64,000 bases of DNA from Calditrichales bacterium (GCA_965267575.1 OZ254086.1:1792001-1856000), one strand, 5' to 3'. Shown: positions 1 through 11,800, counted from the first letter of the stretch. Translations and numbers: made by a program. The notes: generated by a model not told the origin, from the letters alone.

Positions 1-1031
1 CGCGTGAGACTGTCCAGCGACATGGAGATACCCAGAATCCCGCCGATCTCATCATCTTCCACGGTTTTGGTCAGCGAGCTTGAAACGATCGTTCGGAACA
101 CGCCGCTGGCCAGGGTTAACGGAATCATTACAAGCACAACAAGCAGGACAGTGGAAGAATAGGCCCAGCCGGTCAGCGCCAATACCATCATGATAATGGA
201 ATAGAAAATCAGCGGGCCGTCGCGGAAGACGCGTACCAGCCGTTCAATAACTATCCCCTGAACCAGCACGATAAGAAAACCGGCATAGGCCAGCAGGTAG
301 CCGGTCTGGTCGGCATTAAGCAGAAGCTCTTTTTGGGCAAACAGGGCAAAAATGGTTGTAAACGTGGAAAAGGCCAGGCTAAACATAAAACGTACGGAGA
401 GCAGTGTTGTGATGAATGGGCGACGTAGCGCATGGCGCATGGAAGAGAGCGAAATGGCAGCGATTGTGCTTTTGCCGCTGCCCTTGCTTTCGGGCAGCCA
501 CATATAAACGGCAAAGGTGTTGAGCAGGCTGAGCATGGCGGCTGCATAAGCTGGCGCTTCGTAGCCCAGCGGCGCCAGCACGCCGCCCATGGCCGGACCG
601 ATAATAAAACCCAAACCCAGCGCCGCACCGAGACGCCCCAACCCCGTGGCCCTGTCATGTTCGCCGGTGATGTCGGCCACGTAGGCCTGGATCACGGAGC
701 CGTTGCCCATCATTAGGCCGGACGCGATACGGCTTATAAACAACACGGTCAGGTTTTCAGCCCAGGCAAAGATCACAAAAGCGACAGCGTTGCCCAGGAT
801 AGTCCATATCAGCACCGGGCGGCGACCAAAACGATCGGACAAGCGCCCCAAAAACGGTGATGCCAGCAATTGCGCCGCCGGATAGCTGGCAATTAACAGA
901 CCTATCTGGCCGGCATCCGCGCCAAACGTGTCGGCGTAAAAAGGCAGCAGCGGAATGATTATGCCGAAACCGATCAGGTTTAGAAAGGCAACAATAAATA
1001 TGGTCGTTAGGCGGCTGGTACTGATATGCAT
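1..1031 (-). CDS. MFS transporter, TetA/DHA1-like (3' end outside window)
   Basis: Not in ORF track; manual translation MHISTSRLTTIFIVAFLNLIGFGIIIPLLPFYA...LGRLSDRFGRRPVL (MFS motif A); same frame open at window edge. Confidence 0.9.
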   Translation of the reverse strand, partial: MHISTSRLTTIFIVAFLNLIGFGIIIPLLPFYADTFGADAGQIGLLIASYPAAQLLASPFLGRLSDRFGRRPVLIWTILGNAVAFVIFAWAENLTVLFISRIASGLMMGNGSVIQAYVADITGEHDRATGLGRLGAALGLGFIIGPAMGGVLAPLGYEAPAYAAAMLSLLNTFAVYMWLPESKGSGKSTIAAISLSSMRHALRRPFITTLLSVRFMFSLAFSTFTTIFALFAQKELLLNADQTGYLLAYAGFLIVLVQGIVIERLVRVFRDGPLIFYSIIMMVLALTGWAYSSTVLLVVLVMIPLTLASGVFRTIVSSSLTKTVEDDEIGGILGISMSLDSLT

Positions 1032-1197
1032 TTTTTCCGGGTTAAATTTTTAAGGTGGCAAATGTAATAATAATTAGCGCTTCTCAAAAAAAGAACAGCT
1101 GAAAAAGCAATTTTTTAAATGATTGGCAAAATATCACTTAATAATGGTATATTGCGGCCCTTGTTTATTTTTACCTTATGGAGTACCCCTTTTGAAA

Positions 1198-1908
1198 ATG
1201 GAAGAAAGCAGTGAGTACGATATGGCCCAAGGCGTATGGTACCTTAAAAAATTTCGCATATTTAACAAGCTCAGCGAACAGGCGCTGGAGCAACTGCACA
1301 AAAGCACAACCGTGCGGCAGTTCAAAGCCAAAGAACTTATCGCTCTTTCCGATGAGGTCGAGCATCGCATTTATTTTCTGATCAAGGGCAAGGCGAAGAT
1401 TTCGCTTATTGACCCCAAGAGCGGCAAGGAACTGATATTATACTTGCTTAAGCCCGGCGATATTTTTGGTATCCTTAGCATGGCAGATGAGAATTATTCC
1501 GATGCCGTCGTACGGGCCCTGGAAAACTGCTCGGTCGGGTCCATCCCGGAGCATGATTTCCGGCGATTGATGGAAGCCAATCCCAACCTGCTTACCGCCG
1601 TCAACAAACTTGTGGGCATGCGCCTGGTTAAGATTCAGAACCGCCTCGAAGAACTGCTTTTCCGAGACGTTCCTTCGCGACTGGCGCGGCTGATACTGCG
1701 TCTTGCCGACGAGTTTCCTGTCGAACTGGCCGACGCGGTTAAAATCAACCTGCGCCTTACACAATCCGATATGGCCAACCTGATTGGTGCCACGCGTGAA
1801 ATTACCAGCCTGACGATCAACGAATTCAAGCGTGAAGGCTGGATCGCCATACGGCGCCGCTATATTTACGTCCACGATAAAAAAGCACTTCAGAAGCTGG
1901 CAGAATAG
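1198..1908 (+). CDS. Crp/Fnr family transcriptional regulator
   Basis: cNMP-like domain (IYFLIKGKAKI...LKPGDIFG) and HTH (LTQSDMANLIGATRE); start uncertain (1198 or 1222). Confidence 0.9.
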   Translation: MEESSEYDMAQGVWYLKKFRIFNKLSEQALEQLHKSTTVRQFKAKELIALSDEVEHRIYFLIKGKAKISLIDPKSGKELILYLLKPGDIFGILSMADENYSDAVVRALENCSVGSIPEHDFRRLMEANPNLLTAVNKLVGMRLVKIQNRLEELLFRDVPSRLARLILRLADEFPVELADAVKINLRLTQSDMANLIGATREITSLTINEFKREGWIAIRRRYIYVHDKKALQKLAE

Positions 1909-1966
1909 CACTTCCTTTGTTAAGCCTTTAACAGCACTTATATGTGTGAAAAGCCATACTTGAGCT

Positions 1967-2614
1967 ATGGACAAAAGGCTTTCATTATATGACCAACTGG
2001 ACGGTGCCGAAACGGATGTTGTGCGCAAGGCGTTTATATTTGAACGCCTTAAAAGGAACCAGAAGCTAAATCTGGATTTTGCGCATCAACGCTATCTTTT
2101 TCTGGTCCAGGGCACACTCAAATTATTTCAGGTGGACAGGCGTAATAACCGTCGCCTTATTCGCGGCATGCTGCATCCGCCTGATTTATATTCAAGCGGT
2201 GCCCGACAAAACGCGGGCTTTACATATATAGAAGCCGTAGCTATTAACGATTGTATTCTTGCTTCCACGGATATATTGGTTTTCCGGCGCCTCTGCAAGG
2301 AAGGTTTTTTGGATCCGAAGCCCTGGATGCATGCTCTGCTTCGTTTTTTGTGGCGCCAGGACAACTACATTAACCACCTTCTTGAGAATGATAAACAAAG
2401 GAGGCTGGCACGTATCTTTATTCACTTTAGCCGCCAATTTGGAGACAGCCTGCCCGTAAGCCTGGATGATTTTGAGGCGATGATCGGTGAAAAAAACGAT
2501 GACGCGATTTTGAAAATATGGAATAGTTTTATTGAAAAAGGCTGGATAAAGCCTGTTGCGGACAAAATCTTGCTGCAAGATAAGGAACAAATATTACGCA
2601 TCTATGCCGGCTGA
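1967..2614 (+). CDS. Divergent Crp/Fnr-like protein
   Basis: YLFLVQGTLKL, ...QRRLARIF... and C-terminal winged-helix-like end GWIKPVADKILLQDKE resemble upstream paralog. Confidence 0.65.
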   Translation: MDKRLSLYDQLDGAETDVVRKAFIFERLKRNQKLNLDFAHQRYLFLVQGTLKLFQVDRRNNRRLIRGMLHPPDLYSSGARQNAGFTYIEAVAINDCILASTDILVFRRLCKEGFLDPKPWMHALLRFLWRQDNYINHLLENDKQRRLARIFIHFSRQFGDSLPVSLDDFEAMIGEKNDDAILKIWNSFIEKGWIKPVADKILLQDKEQILRIYAG

Positions 2615-2654
2615 TATAGCCGATAATATGAAGATATTAAGAAAGGAGATTTTC

Positions 2655-2948
2655 ATGTCAGAAAAGAAAGATGCTTACAGACAAAAGTATGAGTCGCAAT
2701 TAAAAGAGTGGGAAGCTCAGGCTGCTTTGCTTATGGCAAAAGCTGAAAACGCGGGCAGCGACGCGCGTGTAAAAATAATGGAAAAGCTGGACAAGCTGGA
2801 CAAGAAAAAGAGCGAATTACGTGATCAGCTTGATGCATTGAATAAAGCCGGAGAAGAAGCGGCGGATGACTTTAAGTCCAAATTGGAAAAATCCTGGAAC
2901 GAATTAAAGGACGGTTTGGATAAGGCCACAAAAGAACTAAAATCGTGA
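2655..2948 (+). CDS. Small coiled-coil protein (Sll1863-like stress protein family)
   Basis: RBS AAGGAG before ATG 2655; MSEKKDAYRQKYESQLKEWEAQ...EKSWNELKDG. Confidence 0.7.
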   Translation: MSEKKDAYRQKYESQLKEWEAQAALLMAKAENAGSDARVKIMEKLDKLDKKKSELRDQLDALNKAGEEAADDFKSKLEKSWNELKDGLDKATKELKS

Positions 2949-3025
2949 CCAAACCTTATTGCTCTGGATTGCGCAAAAATTGCTGATTGCGTATGTTACG
3001 CGTTCTTTAAATAACACGCGTAACT

Positions 3026-3766
3026 ATGAAACAGACAGTATTGCTGCTAACCTGCGAACATGGCGGCAATCGAATCCCAAACGAATATAAATATATTTTT
3101 CCCGCAGAAAGTGAAACTGTGCTTGAAAGCCACCGCGGCTGGGATCCCGGAACCCTCGCCCTGGGAAAATTCCTGGCCGGCCAGTTTCATGCCCCTCTTT
3201 TTGCCAGTGATATCTCCCGCCTGCTGGTGGACCTGAACCGTTCCACATGGCGCCGGACGCTTTTTTCGGAGTATGTGAAAGGTCGGCCCCAGCGTATTAA
3301 GAAGGATATCCTCGAACGCGTTTATTACCCCTATCAAACTAAAGTGGAAAACTTTGTGCAAGAAGCAATCTCAGGCGGGGAAAAAGTATGCCACCTGGCG
3401 CTTCATAGCTTTACGCCTGTTTTAAACGGGAAACAACGTAACGCGGATTTGGGCCTTTTGTATAACCCCGCCCGGGAAAATGAAAAACAGTTTGCGCGCC
3501 TGGCAAAAAAACAATCGAAAAATATTTTACCCGGTTGGAATGTACGCTTTAATTACCCCTACCTTGGCAAACCGGACGGCTTATGCGCACGGTTGCGTAA
3601 AAAACATTCTGATAACGATTACCTGGGCATTGAAATCGAGATAAACCAGAAATATGTTGAGCCGGATGGACGTTTTCCTGACGGGCTTAGTGATAAAGTG
3701 ACGCTAATGCTGGATAGGACGCGGAATAATTTTCGGTGGATTTGCCAGACGCGTAACTTATATTGA
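3026..3766 (+). CDS. N-formylglutamate amidohydrolase family protein
   Basis: TCEHGGN, SHRGWDPG, SRLLVDLNRS, HSFTP, IEIEINQ motifs. Confidence 0.85.
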   Translation: MKQTVLLLTCEHGGNRIPNEYKYIFPAESETVLESHRGWDPGTLALGKFLAGQFHAPLFASDISRLLVDLNRSTWRRTLFSEYVKGRPQRIKKDILERVYYPYQTKVENFVQEAISGGEKVCHLALHSFTPVLNGKQRNADLGLLYNPARENEKQFARLAKKQSKNILPGWNVRFNYPYLGKPDGLCARLRKKHSDNDYLGIEIEINQKYVEPDGRFPDGLSDKVTLMLDRTRNNFRWICQTRNLY

Positions 3767-3807
3767 TAACCGGGCGTACAATCAGCAAAATCTAACAATG
3801 TGTGGTT

Positions 3808-4884
3808 ATGAAACAGCTTTTTTCCCTAATCTTAATATTCATTTTTTTTGGAACAGGCATGGGGCAAGATACACAGGCAAAAACCGGCAAGTTCAAGGCG
3901 CACCATACGCCCAATGGCTTTCGTAATCCGTTTAATACGTTTGAAGACAGGGGATTTAAAGATTTTATGCGTTGGGTGGTTTGGGACAGATTTATTAAGT
4001 CCGAAAATAAGGCTGACGCGGATTCCCTGGAATATAGTCTGTTACCAAATGATGGCAGTGCCCTGCGTGATAATGATGAGAATATGAGTGTGACCTGGAT
4101 TGGTCACTCAACGCTTTTGCTGCAAATCGACGGGCTTAATATTCTTACCGATCCGGTATGGAGTGAACGCGCATCACCCGTGAGTTGGGCCGGTCCCAGG
4201 CGTATGGTGGAACCGGGGCTTAAATGGGAGAATTTGCCTGATATTGATGTTGTGATCATCAGTCACGACCATTATGACCACCTGGATGAGGAGACAATCA
4301 AAAAAATTGGTGATGACGCTTTTTTCCTGGTGCCGCTGGGCGTGGGTAAGTTTTTCGAGAAGCTGGGCATTACCAACATGCAGGAGTTTGACTGGTGGAA
4401 TAGCATCACTTTCAACGGGGTCGAATTTGTATGTACGCCCACGCAGCATTTTTCCGGCAGAACATTGTTTGATCGTAACAGTACTTTATGGTGCAGCTGG
4501 GTGATTGTGGGTGAGCAGGAGCGTATTTATTTTGCCGGTGATTCCGGCTATTTCCCGGGCTTTAAGGAGATTGGTGAACGTTACGGCCCGTTTGACCTTG
4601 CAGCGATCCCGATTGGTGCCTATAAGCCACGCTGGTTTATGGAGCCGATGCATGTGGATCCTCGCCAGGCCGTTGATATTTATACGGATGTAAAAGCGCG
4701 CTATTTTGTTCCTATTCACTGGGGAACGTTCATTCTCAGCGATGAAGGGGTGAACGATCCGCCGCGCGAGCTGTTGCACGAAGTAGAAATCCGCAAACTG
4801 GATGCGGATTTATTTAAGATATTGCGTCACGGAGAAAGCTTTTTTCTCCCACAGCAGGAAAAGATGAAAAATATTACTTTTTAA
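3808..4884 (+). CDS. Exported MBL-fold metallohydrolase (NAPE-PLD/RomA-like)
   Basis: Signal peptide; TWIGHST, ISHDHYDHLD, QHFSGR, YFAGDSGY, PIHWGTF. Confidence 0.88.
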   Translation: MKQLFSLILIFIFFGTGMGQDTQAKTGKFKAHHTPNGFRNPFNTFEDRGFKDFMRWVVWDRFIKSENKADADSLEYSLLPNDGSALRDNDENMSVTWIGHSTLLLQIDGLNILTDPVWSERASPVSWAGPRRMVEPGLKWENLPDIDVVIISHDHYDHLDEETIKKIGDDAFFLVPLGVGKFFEKLGITNMQEFDWWNSITFNGVEFVCTPTQHFSGRTLFDRNSTLWCSWVIVGEQERIYFAGDSGYFPGFKEIGERYGPFDLAAIPIGAYKPRWFMEPMHVDPRQAVDIYTDVKARYFVPIHWGTFILSDEGVNDPPRELLHEVEIRKLDADLFKILRHGESFFLPQQEKMKNITF

Positions 4885-4889
4885 AAAGG

Positions 4890-4916
4890 AAAGGCCGCTA
4901 AAAGCGGCCTTTTTTT
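4890..4916. terminator. Intrinsic terminator between convergent genes
   Basis: AAAGGCCGCT-aaa-AGCGGCCTTT followed by T-tract. Confidence 0.85.
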
Positions 4917-4919
4917 ATT

Positions 4920-5915
4920 TCAAACCTCGAGAATATCATCCAGCTTTTTCAATTCATCTTCGCTGAAGCTAATATTATCATGTATGGCGTGGATCTCATC
5001 GATCTGTTTCACTTTGCTGGTACCGATTAATGCCGAGGTCACCTCTTTGTTGCGCAATGTCCAGGCAACTGCCATCTGCGCCAGGGACTGCCCGCGTTCG
5101 GCAGCATGGTCGTTCAGTTTCTTCACCACGCTCAGCTTCTTCTCGGTAATGCTTTCTTTCCTTAAAAAGCCGCTTTCCTTTGCTGCCCGTGAATCCTCCG
5201 GGATGCCCTTGAGATATTTATCGGTTAGCAGGCCCTGCTCCAGCGGTGAGAAAACAATGCAACCAATCCCCTCATCATCCAGCACGTGCAGCAGGCCGTC
5301 TTCCTCAATGCGTCTGTCGAACATGCTGTAGCGCGGCTGGTGGATAAAACAGGGTGTGCCCAGGTCTTTCAGTATGCCCGCGGCTTTGCGTGTATCCTCG
5401 GCGTTATAACTGGAAATTCCCACGTACAAAGCGCGTCCGCTGCGCACGATAAAATCCAGCGCGCCCATGGATTCCTCCAGCGGCGTTTCGGGGTCGGGCC
5501 GGTGGTGGTAGAAAATGTCGACATAATCCAGGCCCATGCGCTTCAGGCTCTGGTCGAGGCTGGAAACGAGATATTTGCGTGAGCCGAAATTGCCGTAGGG
5601 GCCGGGCCACATATCCCAGCCCGCCTTGCTGGAAATAACCAGCTCATCGCGCAGGCCGTGGAAGTCTGTCTTTAGTATGCGGCCGAAATTTTCTTCCGCG
5701 GAACCGGGGGGCGGGCCGTAGTTATTGGCCAGGTCAAAATGGGTGATGCCCAGGTCGAAGGCGCGGCGCAGCATGGCGCGGGCATTTTCCAACGTATCGA
5801 CGCCGCCAAAGTTGTGCCACAAACCGAGTGATACAATCGGCAATTTTATACCGCTTCTTCCGCAGCGCTTGTAGGTGGACTTTTCATAACGATCTATGGC
5901 AGGTAGATAGGACAT
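4920..5915 (-). CDS. mgrA: Aldo/keto reductase, L-glyceraldehyde-3-phosphate reductase (YghZ/MgrA family)
   Basis: SLGLWHNFG, HFDLANNYGPPPGSAE, MWPGPYG, DYVDIFYHHRPD. Confidence 0.9.
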   Translation of the reverse strand: MSYLPAIDRYEKSTYKRCGRSGIKLPIVSLGLWHNFGGVDTLENARAMLRRAFDLGITHFDLANNYGPPPGSAEENFGRILKTDFHGLRDELVISSKAGWDMWPGPYGNFGSRKYLVSSLDQSLKRMGLDYVDIFYHHRPDPETPLEESMGALDFIVRSGRALYVGISSYNAEDTRKAAGILKDLGTPCFIHQPRYSMFDRRIEEDGLLHVLDDEGIGCIVFSPLEQGLLTDKYLKGIPEDSRAAKESGFLRKESITEKKLSVVKKLNDHAAERGQSLAQMAVAWTLRNKEVTSALIGTSKVKQIDEIHAIHDNISFSEDELKKLDDILEV

Positions 5916-5996
5916 GTTTTTCTCCGCTTTAATGTGGGTTTTAAATGGAAATGTACGGATTACCTCTTATGCAGACAATGTCTTTAACGGTCCTTT

Positions 5997-8900
5997 CTAT
6001 TGAACTTCGGCTTCTTGCGGAGCAATGACCTTTTTGGTTTTTGCGACAACATCTTCAAGTATCATGTACAGGCTGGGTACCAGCAGCAAAATAATCGATG
6101 TGGCGAAGACGATACCGAAGCCCAGCGAGATGGCCATGGGGATCAGGTAATAGGCTTGGCGCGATGTTTCCAGGATGATCGGGGTGAGGCCGCCGAAGGT
6201 TGTAAGGGTCGTTAGAATGATCGGTCGGAAACGGCGCAATCCGGCTTTATGGATGGCGTCAAAGGCCGATTTGGATTTGTCTTCACGCTGGCGGTTGGCA
6301 TAGTCGATCATGATCAGCGAATCGTTCACCACAACACCGGACAAGGCAATCACTCCCATCAGGCTGATCAGCGACAGGTCGTAGCCCAGCAGGATGTGGC
6401 CGATCACCGCGCCAACGATGCCAAAGGGAATGGCCGCCATGACAATAAGCGGCTGCACGTAACTGCGGAAGGCAATCGCCAAAAGTGCAAAAATTACGGC
6501 CATGGCCAGCGAAAAACCACCCCATAACGCGGCCGTCGATTCGCGCATCTCGGCCTGGCTGCCCTGAAAGCTCCAGGTAATGCCGGGAAAATCGGCGCGC
6601 AGTTGAGGCAGCACTTCGCTTTGCAGCGATTGCAACACCTGGGTCGTCGCGCGCTTGGGTTCCACATCCATGCCCACGGTTACAACGCGCCGGCCGTCGC
6701 GACGGTTAATGCTTGTAAAAGCCTCACCGCGACGCACCTGCACCACATCCATCAGCGGCACCTCGATGCCGGCCGGGGTGCGCACCACAAAATCCTCAAG
6801 ATTGCGTACATCGACGCGTTCATCTTTGGGCAGCTTTACGCGCACTTCGATCTCGTTGGTGCCGCGCAGCTGGCGCATGGCCAGGGCGCCGTAAAAGGCA
6901 TCGCGCACCTGTTGTCCTACTTCGGCAGAGGTCAGGCCCAGGCTGCGGCCTTCCGGAAGCAGCACAAAATCAAACTGCTCTTTACCCTTATTATAATTGT
7001 CATTCACGTCACGCGTAGCTTCAAAAAGCTCCACCCGTTCCAGGAAAGCCCGGCTGGCTTTTTCCAGCACTTCGATGTTGGAGTGGCTTAAATCAACGCT
7101 GATATCCTGCTGCCAGCCGCCGGGTCCGCGCTCGGCCTCAAACGTAATCTGGTCCACACCCTCGATATCACCGATCTCATCGCGCCACAATGTTATCACT
7201 TCGGCGGCTGTCATGTCGCGCTCGTCGGGGGGCCTCATCACAATTTCCACATCGATGAAGCTCTGCCCGCGCACGTTGGTTTTTATGCCTTCGGCCACTT
7301 CGGAGAGATTGTACTCTTCAAACATACGCTGTGTCGACCGCGTCACCTCGTTGGCCACTTTTGCAGCCTGAGCCGGCGTTGTGCCCACCGGCAGACTAAT
7401 GCCCGCCTCAATTTCGTCAGCGGCCACTTCCGGCATCATGATCATGCCCATGTGATCGCTGTAGCCATAACCGCCCACCAGGATAAACAGGGCGATCGCC
7501 GAGCTCAGCGTGATATAGCGGTTACGCAAACAGAGATCCAGGAAACGGCTGTATTGGTTGTTGACGAAATCGTTAAAGCGCGAAGCAATTTTCTGCTGCC
7601 ACTCGTGGATTTTTTCTCCGATTTTGAAGTACGTTTTCTGCGATATATGCGCCAGGTGCGCGGGGAGAATAAACAGCGCTTCCAGCAGTGAAACAGCCAG
7701 CACCGTAATAACCACGGCTGCCAGCGGCCACCAGAATTTGCCGGTAGTGCCGGGGATAAAAAGCAGCGGGATAAAAGCCACAATATTTGTAAGAATACTG
7801 AAGGTGACCGGTCCGGAAATATCGCGCACCCCCTGGATGGCAGCGCTAGTAAAATCCATGCCCTGCTGGCGGTATTCATAAATGTTTTCGCCCACCACGA
7901 TGGCGTCATCCACCACGATACCCAGGACCACAATAAAGGCAAACATGGAAATCATGTTGATGCTGACATCGATAAGCGGCAACAGCGCCAGCCCGCCGAT
8001 AAACGAAATGGCCATGCCCATCATTACCCAGAAGGCCAGCTTGTATTCCAGGAAAATCGCCAGGATAAAAAGGACGATCACCAGCGCGATGGCGCCGTTT
8101 TCCATAAGCAGCGAAAGGCGCTCGTCGTAATCATCGGCGCGGTTGCTGTCGATGCGGTATTTCACGCCCGGCGGCAGGGTCGCTTCCAGATCTGTTAAAA
8201 ACGCCTGAACGGTGGAAGAAATCTCCAACGGGGACTGATCGCCCACACGGTAAATGCCAATTTCAACCGAAGGCTGCCGATTGAATTGCGAATGGAATCC
8301 GGCCTCTTCAAAGCCATCGGTGATCGTGGCTATGTCGCCCAGCGTGAGCGACGCGCCGGCATCCGATGAAATTATTTTTATGTTGGAAAACTCTTCGGCC
8401 CACTGCTTGCGCTCTTTCATGCGCAGCAGTATTTCCCCGCTTTGTGTCTCGATGGCGCCCGCAGGTATGTCCAGGCTGGACTGCCCAATGATACGCGCTA
8501 CTTCACCAAGGGTCAGATTGTATTCACGCAGCCGGTCCTGGGGGATTTCCACGTGGGTCACGTAGTCCGGCACATTGCCGATCTGCACCTGGGTCAATCC
8601 TTCCTGGCTGAGTAGGCGGTCGCGCATACGCTCGGCAAGCTGGCGCAATGTCCAGATATCCACGTCGCCATAGAGGACAATTTCCATCACATCGCGCTGC
8701 TGGTCGGCCAGGCGTACTTCGGGTTCCTCTATGTCATCGGGAAAGGTGCGGATGCGGTTTACGGCCTGGTCGATATCCTGGAACGCCTTCATGCGGTCGG
8801 TGCCGGCTACAAGCTCGATGCTCACGGAGCCGGAACCTTCGCGCGCCGTGGAAACCACTTCTTTGATGCCCTGAACGCCGCGAATCGCTTCTTCCACCGG

Positions 8901-9122
8901 CAGTAGGATACCCTGCTCCACTTCAGCCGGGGAGGCGCCGGGATAAACCACGCTTACGTTGACGATATCAAGCTGGAACTCGGGAAATACTTCTTTTTGA
9001 ATATTGATGGCAGTCCAGAAGCCGGCCCCGATGATGATCACCATCAGCAGGTTGGCGGCAATGGAGTTTTGGGCCATCCAGGCCAGGGGACCCTTGCGCA
9101 CGTTTGGGTTTTGTTGACTCAT
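5997..9122 (-). CDS. RND efflux permease (AcrB/AcrD/AcrF family)
   Basis: 1041 aa; [27 protein letters not shown]. Confidence 0.93.
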   Translation of the reverse strand: MSQQNPNVRKGPLAWMAQNSIAANLLMVIIIGAGFWTAINIQKEVFPEFQLDIVNVSVVYPGASPAEVEQGILLPVEEAIRGVQGIKEVVSTAREGSGSVSIELVAGTDRMKAFQDIDQAVNRIRTFPDDIEEPEVRLADQQRDVMEIVLYGDVDIWTLRQLAERMRDRLLSQEGLTQVQIGNVPDYVTHVEIPQDRLREYNLTLGEVARIIGQSSLDIPAGAIETQSGEILLRMKERKQWAEEFSNIKIISSDAGASLTLGDIATITDGFEEAGFHSQFNRQPSVEIGIYRVGDQSPLEISSTVQAFLTDLEATLPPGVKYRIDSNRADDYDERLSLLMENGAIALVIVLFILAIFLEYKLAFWVMMGMAISFIGGLALLPLIDVSINMISMFAFIVVLGIVVDDAIVVGENIYEYRQQGMDFTSAAIQGVRDISGPVTFSILTNIVAFIPLLFIPGTTGKFWWPLAAVVITVLAVSLLEALFILPAHLAHISQKTYFKIGEKIHEWQQKIASRFNDFVNNQYSRFLDLCLRNRYITLSSAIALFILVGGYGYSDHMGMIMMPEVAADEIEAGISLPVGTTPAQAAKVANEVTRSTQRMFEEYNLSEVAEGIKTNVRGQSFIDVEIVMRPPDERDMTAAEVITLWRDEIGDIEGVDQITFEAERGPGGWQQDISVDLSHSNIEVLEKASRAFLERVELFEATRDVNDNYNKGKEQFDFVLLPEGRSLGLTSAEVGQQVRDAFYGALAMRQLRGTNEIEVRVKLPKDERVDVRNLEDFVVRTPAGIEVPLMDVVQVRRGEAFTSINRRDGRRVVTVGMDVEPKRATTQVLQSLQSEVLPQLRADFPGITWSFQGSQAEMRESTAALWGGFSLAMAVIFALLAIAFRSYVQPLIVMAAIPFGIVGAVIGHILLGYDLSLISLMGVIALSGVVVNDSLIMIDYANRQREDKSKSAFDAIHKAGLRRFRPIILTTLTTFGGLTPIILETSRQAYYLIPMAISLGFGIVFATSIILLLVPSLYMILEDVVAKTKKVIAPQEAEVQ

Positions 9123-10378
9123 CTGCTGCCCCCGGCCGTTTCTGCCGCACTGACGGACACTGTGTCCGCGCCGCTTTCTTCACCTTTAACCCGCAGCGGG
9201 CTGCCGTCAACCACCGTGGTCAGGTTGGTAATAACAACGCTGTCGTTTTGATTCAGTCCGTTCTCGATGTAAGCCCAACTGGCATCCTGGAAAGCGATCT
9301 GCACATCGCGGATACGCAGCTGTTTCTCCTGCATCACCCAGACCGTTTCATCCTTGCGCACAAAATCGCGGTCAATGCGCACCACCTCGCTTATGGGCCT
9401 GCCCTTGATGCGCGCCTCAACAAACGATCCGATTATCAATGCCGGTTTTTCTTCCCCGTCTTTCTTGTAGCCCAGGGGATCGGGCACTTCCACCAGAACG
9501 CGCGCCATCCTCGTCGGCTCTTCCAGCGCGCCCACCAGCCGGTCAATATAGCCGCTGCGGTAAACGCCTTCCGGCCAGGCGGAGCGGTTGCGAATAAGTA
9601 CCTCGGAGCCCCGTTCATTTTCATCATCCGGAAATTCGATCCAGCGTAATTGCGAAAGGGGCACGGTTGTAACTACCCAATAGGCATCCAGACCCACCAG
9701 ACGCCCCACCGGCTCACCGGGCGCCACCTGCGAACCGACATTGGCGTTGCGGCTAAGGATGTGCGCGTTAAAGGGCGCGCGAATGGACGTTCTTTGCAGG
9801 TTAAGCTCGGCTTGTTTAACGGCGGCTTCAGCGGCTTGCACACGTGCCCGCGCGGCATTCAGCTGCGGTTCGCGTAAGACAAGCGCCTTGCTGCCAACGG
9901 AAAGCGTATCGTCAAAAAGCTGGAAATCGCGTTGGGCCACTTCCTGGCGGCCCATTTCCACATTGAGGTCGGCCTGTGCCTGACGCAGGTCACTTTGCGC
10001 CTGTAACAGGGCATTCTCATAATCCGCAGGATCAATCTGTAGCAGCAGTTCGCCTTTTTGCACATAACCGCCGGGTGTAAAATCGGGCGAGCGCATCACC
10101 ACCTCGCCGCTTACCCTCGGGCTAAGCATAACGTCCTGCTCCGGCGCCACCGTGCCCGTAGCAACGATCGTCGGCCGGTAATCGCCCTTTTCCGCCGGCG
10201 ATACATCCACCAGCATGGCCGTTTGCTTTGTGGCAGTCACGCGCTGCGCTGTCGGCTCGGTGGAAAATATCAGTAGGGTAAGCAGGGCCGCCACAACCAG
10301 GATGGCAGCGGAAATCAGCAATGTCTTTTTCCAATTGATGGCGCTTTCCGCGCCGCTGTCGTTATGTTGCGTCGTCAT
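9119..10378 (-). CDS. RND periplasmic adaptor (membrane fusion protein)
   Basis: N-terminal TM, lipoyl halves ([20 protein letters not shown]), helical hairpin; 4-nt overlap with permease. Confidence 0.92.
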   Translation of the reverse strand: MTTQHNDSGAESAINWKKTLLISAAILVVAALLTLLIFSTEPTAQRVTATKQTAMLVDVSPAEKGDYRPTIVATGTVAPEQDVMLSPRVSGEVVMRSPDFTPGGYVQKGELLLQIDPADYENALLQAQSDLRQAQADLNVEMGRQEVAQRDFQLFDDTLSVGSKALVLREPQLNAARARVQAAEAAVKQAELNLQRTSIRAPFNAHILSRNANVGSQVAPGEPVGRLVGLDAYWVVTTVPLSQLRWIEFPDDENERGSEVLIRNRSAWPEGVYRSGYIDRLVGALEEPTRMARVLVEVPDPLGYKKDGEEKPALIIGSFVEARIKGRPISEVVRIDRDFVRKDETVWVMQEKQLRIRDVQIAFQDASWAYIENGLNQNDSVVITNLTTVVDGSPLRVKGEESGADTVSVSAAETAGGSR

Positions 10379-10411
10379 AATTTTTATGCTCTAAGGTGAT
10401 TGTCTGATTGC

Positions 10412-11800
10412 TTAATTTGCTGTATGGGCTGTTTCAAATCCGCCGGCCAGTGCGCGGTGCAGGGCAATGCGGTATTCCAGCAAAAGCAGCTTTGCCGAGA
10501 GCAGTTCCCGCTGCAGGCGCTGCTGCTCGGTCAGCGTGGTCAACACATCCAGGTAATCGCTGATGCCGTTGAGGTATTCGATCTGCAGTTGTTCGTATGT
10601 TTGCCTGGCGTATTCCACCTGCTGCTCAATGCTGGCGATGCGCTGCCGCTGCTTTTTCTCGCGGATCAACGCATCTTCCACTTCGCGGAAGGCAATTAAT
10701 ATTGTTTGACCGTATTCATACAGGCGCTGTTTTTTCGCAGCCTCTGTGCGCTCTACCTCGGCGCTGCGTTCTCCGCCGGCGAAAATGGGTCCAAGCAGAC
10801 CGGCACTCAGGGTGCGCACCCAGTCCTCCATAAGGGCATCGGCATCATTGCCCGTGCTGGTGGCCGAGGCGCTGATCGTCAGCCGCGGATAGCGGTTGGC
10901 GGCGGCCACGGCCAGGTCGCGGTCGGCGGCACGCAGCCGGTTAAAGGCCACCTGCACATCAGGCCGGCGGTTTACCAGTTCCAGCGGCAGGCCGGTAGCC
11001 GGCAGGGGTGGCAGCTGTGGCAGTTTGTTGCCTGCGTATTCCAGAGAATCCTGCGGAGAGCGGCCGACCAAAACCGCCAGCCTGTGTTCCAGAACGCCGA
11101 TCTCGCTTTCAACCGCGATGCGCTGCTCGCGCGTGGCCTCCAGCAGCTGCTTCTGGCGCAAAATATCCACGCTGCGGATCTGGCCGCTGCCAAAACGGTT
11201 GCGGATCAGCCGCAGCACTTTTTCATTTGTGCCAATTTGTTCGGCAAGCAGGTCGCGCTGGCTGCGCGCTTCTGCCAGGCGGTACCAGGCGCGTACCACC
11301 TCCGCGGAGATCGATATGGCGGCTGTTTGATAATCATAGCGGCTGGCTTCTTCACGGAAACGGGCGGCCTCAACACCGGCGTAAACACGGCCCCACAGGT
11401 CCAGCTCGTACTCGGATGAAAGCCCCAGTGTCAGGTCCTCGCTGCGGGGCACCTCCGGGCGGCGTACTTCACCGCTAAGCGAGGCAAAAAGATCGGGGAA
11501 AAAAGAGGCCGAGGCGCGGTCGGTGACAGCCTGTGCTTCGCGGACACGCTGCCAGGCGGTTAGCAGGTCGAAGTTGTTGCTTAAGGCATTTTCCACCAGG
11601 CTGTCAACGGCGGTATCGCCAAAAGTGGCCCACCAGCGCTGCGGTGTTTCCACCCGGCCGGAGTCGGAAAAGGCTTGCGGCGTTTCCAGCGGTGGCGAGA
11701 CATCGCCGGAGCGCCAGGCACAGGCGGAAAGGAGCAACAAAAACAATCCGCCAATAACAAAGCGTTTTAACTTAAATATATGTTTGATTCTGATGGTCAT
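10412..11800 (-). CDS. Outer membrane efflux lipoprotein (NodT/TolC family)
   Basis: Lipobox LSAC; WWATFGD, YELDLWG, RRPDV, LHRALAGG; start 11800 preferred over 11881. Confidence 0.9.
   Translation of the reverse strand: MTIRIKHIFKLKRFVIGGLFLLLLSACAWRSGDVSPPLETPQAFSDSGRVETPQRWWATFGDTAVDSLVENALSNNFDLLTAWQRVREAQAVTDRASASFFPDLFASLSGEVRRPEVPRSEDLTLGLSSEYELDLWGRVYAGVEAARFREEASRYDYQTAAISISAEVVRAWYRLAEARSQRDLLAEQIGTNEKVLRLIRNRFGSGQIRSVDILRQKQLLEATREQRIAVESEIGVLEHRLAVLVGRSPQDSLEYAGNKLPQLPPLPATGLPLELVNRRPDVQVAFNRLRAADRDLAVAAANRYPRLTISASATSTGNDADALMEDWVRTLSAGLLGPIFAGGERSAEVERTEAAKKQRLYEYGQTILIAFREVEDALIREKKQRQRIASIEQQVEYARQTYEQLQIEYLNGISDYLDVLTTLTEQQRLQRELLSAKLLLLEYRIALHRALAGGFETAHTAN

Noticed and set aside
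251-885. Short ORFs listed at window start
   Set aside because: All overlap the real minus-strand MFS gene that runs off the edge
5997-11800. RND operon as a mobile resistance island
   Set aside because: No integrase, transposase or flanking direct repeats seen; ordinary tripartite system
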